From: an uncultured Clostridia bacterium
Lineage (GTDB): Bacteria; Bacillota; Clostridia; Christensenellales; UBA1242
Direction: 5' to 3'
NCBI GenBank assembly: GCA_947632645.1
Contig: CANRQB010000001.1
Span: 70,813 to 134,812 of the forward strand
DNA: 64,000 nucleotides
A model generated the notes under the pieces. That model made no database searches, was not told the DNA's origin, and worked only from the letters and a program-made list of their open reading frames with translations. This document shows positions 59,421 to 64,000 of this stretch, in pieces; within the stretch, counting starts at the first letter, position 1; each line of letters starts with the position of its first letter. A program made the position numbers and the translations under genes.

Positions 59421-59452
59421 AGTATACCATAGGGGGGGGGGGTCTCTGTCAA
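59421..59452 (-). promoter_or_regulatory. Promoter with a homopolymeric tract (C11 on the coding strand) as the -35/-10 spacer; candidate phase-variation switch
   Basis: The minus strand reads TTGACA-gaga-C11-ta-TGgTATACT. -35 at 59447-59452, tract at 59432-59442, extended -10 at 59421-59429. The spacer is 20 nt as sequenced. Confidence 0.6.
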
Positions 59453-59560
59453 GTGAGTTTGGCAAAAAAATTTAAAAAATATGAAAATTTTGTCAAAAAT
59501 TTTTTTGAACGGGTTGTTCTGCTTCTTTTTATAAAAAAGAGAAAAAATAAAAAAACTCCA

Positions 59561-60136
59561 CTATACTGTGGAATTTTTAATTTCTTGTTCGCAATCTTCA
59601 AGCCATTGTGGAAATTTTTGTTTGCAGAATTTATAGGTGTTGCTGTCGGTGTTATTTAGAACTCCAAAACGGATAATTCTATCTTTTATGTGGCGTTCCA
59701 TTTGCTCAACATACTCGGGCGCGGTTGAGAATTTATGAAAATCAATTTTGCCTTGTTTTATAAGTTTATTAATCACTTTATATAAATCATCCACCTTTGT
59801 GCACTTTAAAACTTTGGCGGGCTGACTACTGACAACCTCTGGGCTAAAACTGGTTTTGCCCTCTTCAAAATTGGCTGGGTTAACCTCATAAATATAGCAA
59901 CTTTCGTCTTGAAAAACCCGCTCCAGCGCGCCAGGATACGCCTCAAAAAAGCATGGCTTGCCATTGTTTAGCCCCAAAATTCCGTCAAAATCACCAAAAC
60001 TTTTTTTGCTTCCAAACATAAGCGCAAGGCACAAGTCGGACGTGGCGTAAACATAACTTACACCATGAGTTGAAACGGGCGGCTCAAGCACTGTTATGCC
60101 CGGTGTTGCCGAAACATGATATAATTTCTTTTTCAT
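59561..60136 (-). CDS. Hypothetical 191-aa protein
   Basis: Clean ORF; no recognisable family. Confidence 0.6.
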   Translation of the reverse strand: MKKKLYHVSATPGITVLEPPVSTHGVSYVYATSDLCLALMFGSKKSFGDFDGILGLNNGKPCFFEAYPGALERVFQDESCYIYEVNPANFEEGKTSFSPEVVSSQPAKVLKCTKVDDLYKVINKLIKQGKIDFHKFSTAPEYVEQMERHIKDRIIRFGVLNNTDSNTYKFCKQKFPQWLEDCEQEIKNSTV

Positions 60137-60190
60137 ATAAAAATTATATCACAAATTGCACAAAAAGTCAAATTTTTTATATTAATGCGG

Positions 60191-60224
60191 GTTTTTCTGT
60201 TTCTCTTTTTTAAAAAAGAGAAAA
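60191..60224. repeat. Right 34-bp inverted repeat of the accessory cassette
   Basis: GTTTTTCTGTTTCTCTTTTTTAAAAAAGAGAAAA. Contains the perfect 20-nt palindrome TCTCTTTTTTAAAAAAGAGA. Confidence 0.8.
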
Positions 60225-60261
60225 ATAAAAAAGTATAAAAACAAAAAAGTCCACAATGGGA

Positions 60262-60705
60262 CTATTTTATTGTTACTGATATGTTTAGGTCAAACGCAAC
60301 TTCTTTTATAAGTTGAATTTTAACTTTGTAGCCGCCAACCGATTTTATTGGTGGAAAATCTTTAACCATATTCTTTTCTATTTTGTAGCCGTCGTTATTA
60401 AGGGCCGACACAATGTCTTGTTTGGTTACGCTGCCAAATGCTTTGCCGTTTGCGCCAACCGATAGGGTAAAGCTGTAGGTTTTGTTTTTAATTTTATCCG
60501 CCATAGCCTGATACTCTTTAACCAGTTCACCATAGTGAAAGGCTTTTGCATCCATCTGCCCCTTGTGGTCATTTAAATTGCTTTTGGTGGCCTCTTTTGC
60601 TATGCCCTGTTTAATAAGCACATTTGTGGCATAGTTTGGGTTGACGTCAATAACATCGCCCGCCTTGCCTTTGCCCTTTAAATCCTTAACTAAAATAACT
60701 TTCAT
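60262..60705 (-). CDS. rplI: 50S ribosomal protein L9
   Basis: ATG at 60705 after AGGTGA; MKVILVKDLKGKGKAGDVIDV... The track ORF adds a spurious 31-aa hydrophobic extension. Confidence 0.92.
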   Translation of the reverse strand: MKVILVKDLKGKGKAGDVIDVNPNYATNVLIKQGIAKEATKSNLNDHKGQMDAKAFHYGELVKEYQAMADKIKNKTYSFTLSVGANGKAFGSVTKQDIVSALNNDGYKIEKNMVKDFPPIKSVGGYKVKIQLIKEVAFDLNISVTIK

Positions 60706-60930
60706 ATTATCACCTATAATAATTATAACACAAACCGCAAAAAATGTCAAAATAATTATCAAATAATATGAAATTATTAAAAATTTAAAATTTTGCAATT
60801 TAGCCTAAAAATCTGCTAGATATTTTGTAGATTATTTGGATTAAAAATTAAGGCAAATAAAATTTAAATTCTAATTAAATATTTATTTGCTAAACAAAAT
60901 TTTAAATGAAAAATTTTTTAGGCTTAAATT

Positions 60931-61251
60931 TTATCTTGGTGCATACGAATTGCAAGGCGCGCTGTCCTTTTCACTGCCCACAAAAATGCCATTGGAAAAA
61001 CACTCGCCCTGCTTATTAAAAATGCACTTGTTGTTGGCGCACATTATGTTCATGTTGCGGCAGTGGTGATAGGGTGCAACATCCGGCTCATGGGCAAACA
61101 TATCTAGCGAAACATCTTCTACCACCTTATCTTTGTCCACTTGCAAATCGCTGCAATCTGCCTGTTTATTTACACTTAAATTTTTGCGCGTGCATTTTGC
61201 CTTTTCATTGTACACGCAACTATATTTTCTACAAACAATATCCATGCCCAT
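60931..61251 (-). CDS. DUF1540-type cysteine-rich protein (two repeats)
   Basis: 106 aa; C...C-x-YN...KC...C patterns (VCRKYSCVYNEKAKCTRK...; MCANNKCIFNKQGECFSN...). Confidence 0.7.
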   Translation of the reverse strand: MGMDIVCRKYSCVYNEKAKCTRKNLSVNKQADCSDLQVDKDKVVEDVSLDMFAHEPDVAPYHHCRNMNIMCANNKCIFNKQGECFSNGIFVGSEKDSAPCNSYAPR

Positions 61252-61418
61252 ATTTTTGCCTAAAACGTATTTTTTATATCTAAAAATTTAAAAAATTCAA
61301 TAAAAAAGTTTAAATTTTATTTTAAAATTGCAAAAAAATTAAAAAATAAGGCGGATATTTTTCATAAAAAATATCAAATTTTATAATTTAACAATATGCC
61401 AAATAAAAACTTATTTAG

Positions 61419-61447
61419 TTGACAATTTTTTATAATTATACTAAAAT
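61419..61447 (+). promoter_or_regulatory. Candidate leuS promoter
   Basis: TTGACA (61419-61424), 17-nt spacer, TAAAAT (61442-61447). Confidence 0.5.
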
Positions 61448-61466
61448 ATTTTTATTGTGAGGAGTT

Positions 61467-63875
61467 ATGAAAAACTATAATCATATTGAAATTGAAGAGA
61501 AGTGGAAAAAGTATTGGGACGAGCATGACACGTTTAAAACCGATGTGTGGGATTTTTCTAGGCCAAAATTTTATGCGCTGGATATGTTCCCATATCCGTC
61601 TGGCGCGGGGCTGCACGTTGGACACCCCGAGGGGTATACTGCAACCGATGTTGTCTGCAGGATGAAACGCATGCAGGGGTATAATGTTTTGCATCCAATG
61701 GGGTTTGACTCGTTTGGCCTGCCAGCTGAGCAATATGCAATAGATACTGGCAATCATCCCGCTGGATTCACTGAAAAGAACATTAACTATTTCCGCGGGC
61801 AACTTAAAAATATTGGCTTCTCGTTTGATTGGGATAGGGAGATTTCTACCAGTGATCCGGCCTATTATAAATGGACGCAATGGATATTTAAACAACTGTA
61901 TCAAGACGGGCTTGCAAAGTGCGTAGAAATGCCAGTAAACTGGTGCGAGGGCTTAGGATGTGTGCTTGCCAACGACGAGATTGTGGACGGAAAAAGCGAG
62001 CGCGGCGGCTATCCTGTGATTAAAAAGAATATGCGCCAGTGGGTTATAGATATGCCGGCTTATGCAGAAAAATTGCTAAACGGGCTAGACAAGTTGGATT
62101 GGCCAGAAAGCACCAAGGCAATGCAGCGCAACTGGATAGGCAAATCCACCGGTGTTGAAGTTGATTTTAACATAGTGGGTGGGGGTATGTTCTCTATATA
62201 CACCACTTGCATAGAAACCATATACGGCATAACCTTTATGGTGGTTGCGCCCGAGAGCAAGTTGGTGGACGAGTTAAAACCGCGCATACAAAACTGGGAT
62301 GAAGTGGAAAAATATCGCGAGGCAACGCTAAAAAAATCCGATATGGAGCGCACCGAACTAAATAAGGGCAAATCGGGCTGCCAACTTAAAGGGATTTATG
62401 CAATCAATCCGGCAAACAACAAGCAAGTGCCAGTGTTTATTGGCGATTTTGTGTTGGCAAGTTATGGCACGGGCGCAGTTATGGCAGTGCCAAGCCACGA
62501 TCAGCGCGATTTCGAGTATGCAATTGCCCACAAAATACCTATGATTCAGGTGATTTCGGGTGCGGATGTGTCTAAATGCGCGTTTGAAAAGCAAGATTAT
62601 TTGGGCAAGGGTTGCACCCTTATTAATAGTGAAGAATTTTCTGGCCTAACGGTTGAACAAGCCAAAGAAGCCATCACACAAAAACTAGAAAAAATGGGGG
62701 TGGCACGCCGCAAAACCAACTATCGCATACGCGAGTGGATTTTTGCCCGCCAGCGCTATTGGGGCGAGCCTATCCCAATTTTGCATTTTGAAGACGGCAG
62801 CACAAAAGCACTTGCTGATAGCGAACTTCCGCTTGTTTTGCCCGAACTTAACGACTACAAACCAGCCAAAGACGGCAGCAGTCCGCTTGCCAAAAATGAA
62901 GCGTGGGTTAATGTTAAAGTGGATGGCAAATCTGCTAAGCGCGAGACCAGCACAATGCCGGGCAGTGCGGGCTCTAGTTGGTACTTTTTAAGGTATATCG
63001 ACCCTAAAAACGATAAACAATTTGCAAACTATGAGCTCTTAAAACACTGGATGCCGGTTGACCTTTATGTTGGCGGCAGTGAGCACGCGGTGGGGCATCT
63101 GTTGTACAGCAGAATGTGGAATAACTACCTATTTGATAAGGGTTTGGTGCCAGTTAGCGAGCCATTTACAAAACTGGTTCATCCGGGCACAATTTTGGGT
63201 GCAAATGGCATAAAAATGGGCAAACGCTTCCCAGAATTTGTGGTTGACCCTAACGATGTGGTTAAAAAATATGGCGCGGATACATTAAGATTATACGAAA
63301 TGTTTATGGGACCGCTAGAAGAGAGCAAACCGTGGGATAACAATGGGCTTAATGGCGCGCGCAAATTTTTGGATAGAGTGTATAAACTATATCAAGAAAA
63401 AGAGATTGCGGATAAGCCAAACGCCAACTTAGATTTGGTGTACAATCAAACGGTTAAAAAGGTGACCGAGGATTATAGTTCGCTTAACATAAACACAGCC
63501 ATTTCCCAAATGATGATTTTTGTAAACGCGGTTGGCAAAGAAACCATTTTCCCACGCGAATATGCACTCGGGTTTTTAAAACTACTTAACCCAGTTTGCC
63601 CATTTATAACCGAGGAATTGTGGCAACAATTGGGCGGCAAAACAACCATTGCGTATGAAACCTGGCCAACTTGTGACGAAAGCAAACTTGTATTAGACAC
63701 AGTTGAAATTCCAATTCAAGTTAATGGCAAACTTCGTGCAAAAATTACAGTCAGCCGCACAGCCAGTGAAGAAGAAATTAAGCAAGCCGCACTAAAAGCA
63801 GTAGAAACCCATGTTGCTGGTGGCTACAAAAAAATTGTCTACATTCCAAACCGCATCTTCAACATTGTGGTGTAG
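61467..63875 (+). CDS. leuS: Leucine--tRNA ligase
   Basis: 802 aa; ...FPYPSGAGLHVGHPEGY... (HIGH) and ...KMGKRF... (KMSKS equivalent). Confidence 0.96.
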   Translation: MKNYNHIEIEEKWKKYWDEHDTFKTDVWDFSRPKFYALDMFPYPSGAGLHVGHPEGYTATDVVCRMKRMQGYNVLHPMGFDSFGLPAEQYAIDTGNHPAGFTEKNINYFRGQLKNIGFSFDWDREISTSDPAYYKWTQWIFKQLYQDGLAKCVEMPVNWCEGLGCVLANDEIVDGKSERGGYPVIKKNMRQWVIDMPAYAEKLLNGLDKLDWPESTKAMQRNWIGKSTGVEVDFNIVGGGMFSIYTTCIETIYGITFMVVAPESKLVDELKPRIQNWDEVEKYREATLKKSDMERTELNKGKSGCQLKGIYAINPANNKQVPVFIGDFVLASYGTGAVMAVPSHDQRDFEYAIAHKIPMIQVISGADVSKCAFEKQDYLGKGCTLINSEEFSGLTVEQAKEAITQKLEKMGVARRKTNYRIREWIFARQRYWGEPIPILHFEDGSTKALADSELPLVLPELNDYKPAKDGSSPLAKNEAWVNVKVDGKSAKRETSTMPGSAGSSWYFLRYIDPKNDKQFANYELLKHWMPVDLYVGGSEHAVGHLLYSRMWNNYLFDKGLVPVSEPFTKLVHPGTILGANGIKMGKRFPEFVVDPNDVVKKYGADTLRLYEMFMGPLEESKPWDNNGLNGARKFLDRVYKLYQEKEIADKPNANLDLVYNQTVKKVTEDYSSLNINTAISQMMIFVNAVGKETIFPREYALGFLKLLNPVCPFITEELWQQLGGKTTIAYETWPTCDESKLVLDTVEIPIQVNGKLRAKITVSRTASEEEIKQAALKAVETHVAGGYKKIVYIPNRIFNIVV

Positions 63876-63970
63876 GGGGCATTGCCATTTCTGTTTAGAT
63901 GAATAATTAGCAGATGCGATTAAATTAACTGAAAATTTATAAAATTTTATTAAAAAATCTTAAAAAAAGC

Positions 63971-63998
63971 AAAAAAATCACCGATGTGGTGATTTTTT
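63971..63998. terminator. Hairpin plus T-run near the right edge
   Basis: A7-ATCACC-gatgt-GGTGAT-T6. Sibling of the 36645-36675 terminator motif. Confidence 0.55.
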
Positions 63999-64000
63999 AG

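Larger units (their letters stand above)
57843..60224. mobile_element. Candidate IR-bounded 2.4-kb accessory cassette inserted between the convergent glyQS and rplI terminators
   Basis: Bounded by 34-bp inverted repeats. Carries three minus-strand ORFs (40 aa, 440 aa, 191 aa) and a third partial repeat copy at 59523-59556. No recombinase inside. Confidence 0.3.

Noticed and set aside
60706-60798. Hydrophobic 31-aa N-terminal extension of L9 (track ORF start at 60798).
   Set aside because: A canonical L9 N-terminus (MKVILVKDLKGKGKAGDV) starts at the internal ATG 60705, with an AGGTGA RBS. The extension is AT-rich promoter DNA read in frame.
61252-61466. T-box leaders upstream of leuS (and likewise upstream of trpS at 25191-25533 and glyQS at 56365-56473).
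   Set aside because: These regions are extremely AT-rich or too short. They show no T-box consensus (AGGGTGGNACCGCG-like), no specifier stem and no terminator/antiterminator pair.
61452-61904. 150-aa minus-strand ORF overlapping the leuS start.
   Set aside because: It is antisense to the conserved HIGH-region coding part of leuS and runs into the leuS promoter. No support for it as a gene.

Overview
This is a 64-kb chromosomal window from an AT-rich, low-GC Gram-positive bacterium. It looks Bacillota/Clostridia-like (SpoVT, DUF1540, secG-rnr-smpB synteny) and uses the standard genetic code.

Core part (about 1-37.8 kb):
- An orphan block: a HicA-like fusion protein, a 571-aa low-complexity-tailed protein and a convergent 161-aa ORF.
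- A complete S10-spc-alpha ribosomal superoperon (rpsJ to rplQ, including secY, adk, map, a KOW protein, infA, rpmJ and rpoA). It is unusually followed, not preceded, by rpsL-rpsG-fusA-tuf.
- trpS, then an ArsR-type regulator abutting a ~600-bp cluster of degenerate direct and inverted repeats.
- pgk-tpiA-gpmI, secG-rnr-smpB, a lipoprotein, and two YdeN/RBBP9-type hydrolase paralogues, one split by a C9 tract.

Accessory part (about 37.9-60.2 kb), the most interesting:
- A compact type IV secretion-like module: VirD4-type coupling ATPase, VirB2-like small membrane protein, acidic bitopic protein, VirB6-like polytopic protein and a VirB3/VirB4-like ATPase. I recognise no relaxase, integrase or transposase anywhere in the window.
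- The module encloses a ~340-nt hairpin-dense non-coding island and a thrice-repeated ATTAC-N4-GTAAT motif.
- It is interleaved with ldh, spoVT and glyQS.
- It is followed by a 1270-aa membrane-anchored giant protein and two tandem-repeat solenoid proteins without signal peptides (31 aa x ~19 and ~26 aa x ~12).
- One solenoid gene lies in a cassette bounded by 34-bp inverted repeats. Its promoter has a G11 tract as the -35/-10 spacer, the classic phase-variation architecture.

All calls come from reading translated motifs, synteny and the nucleotide text by eye. No database search, folding or statistics could be run.
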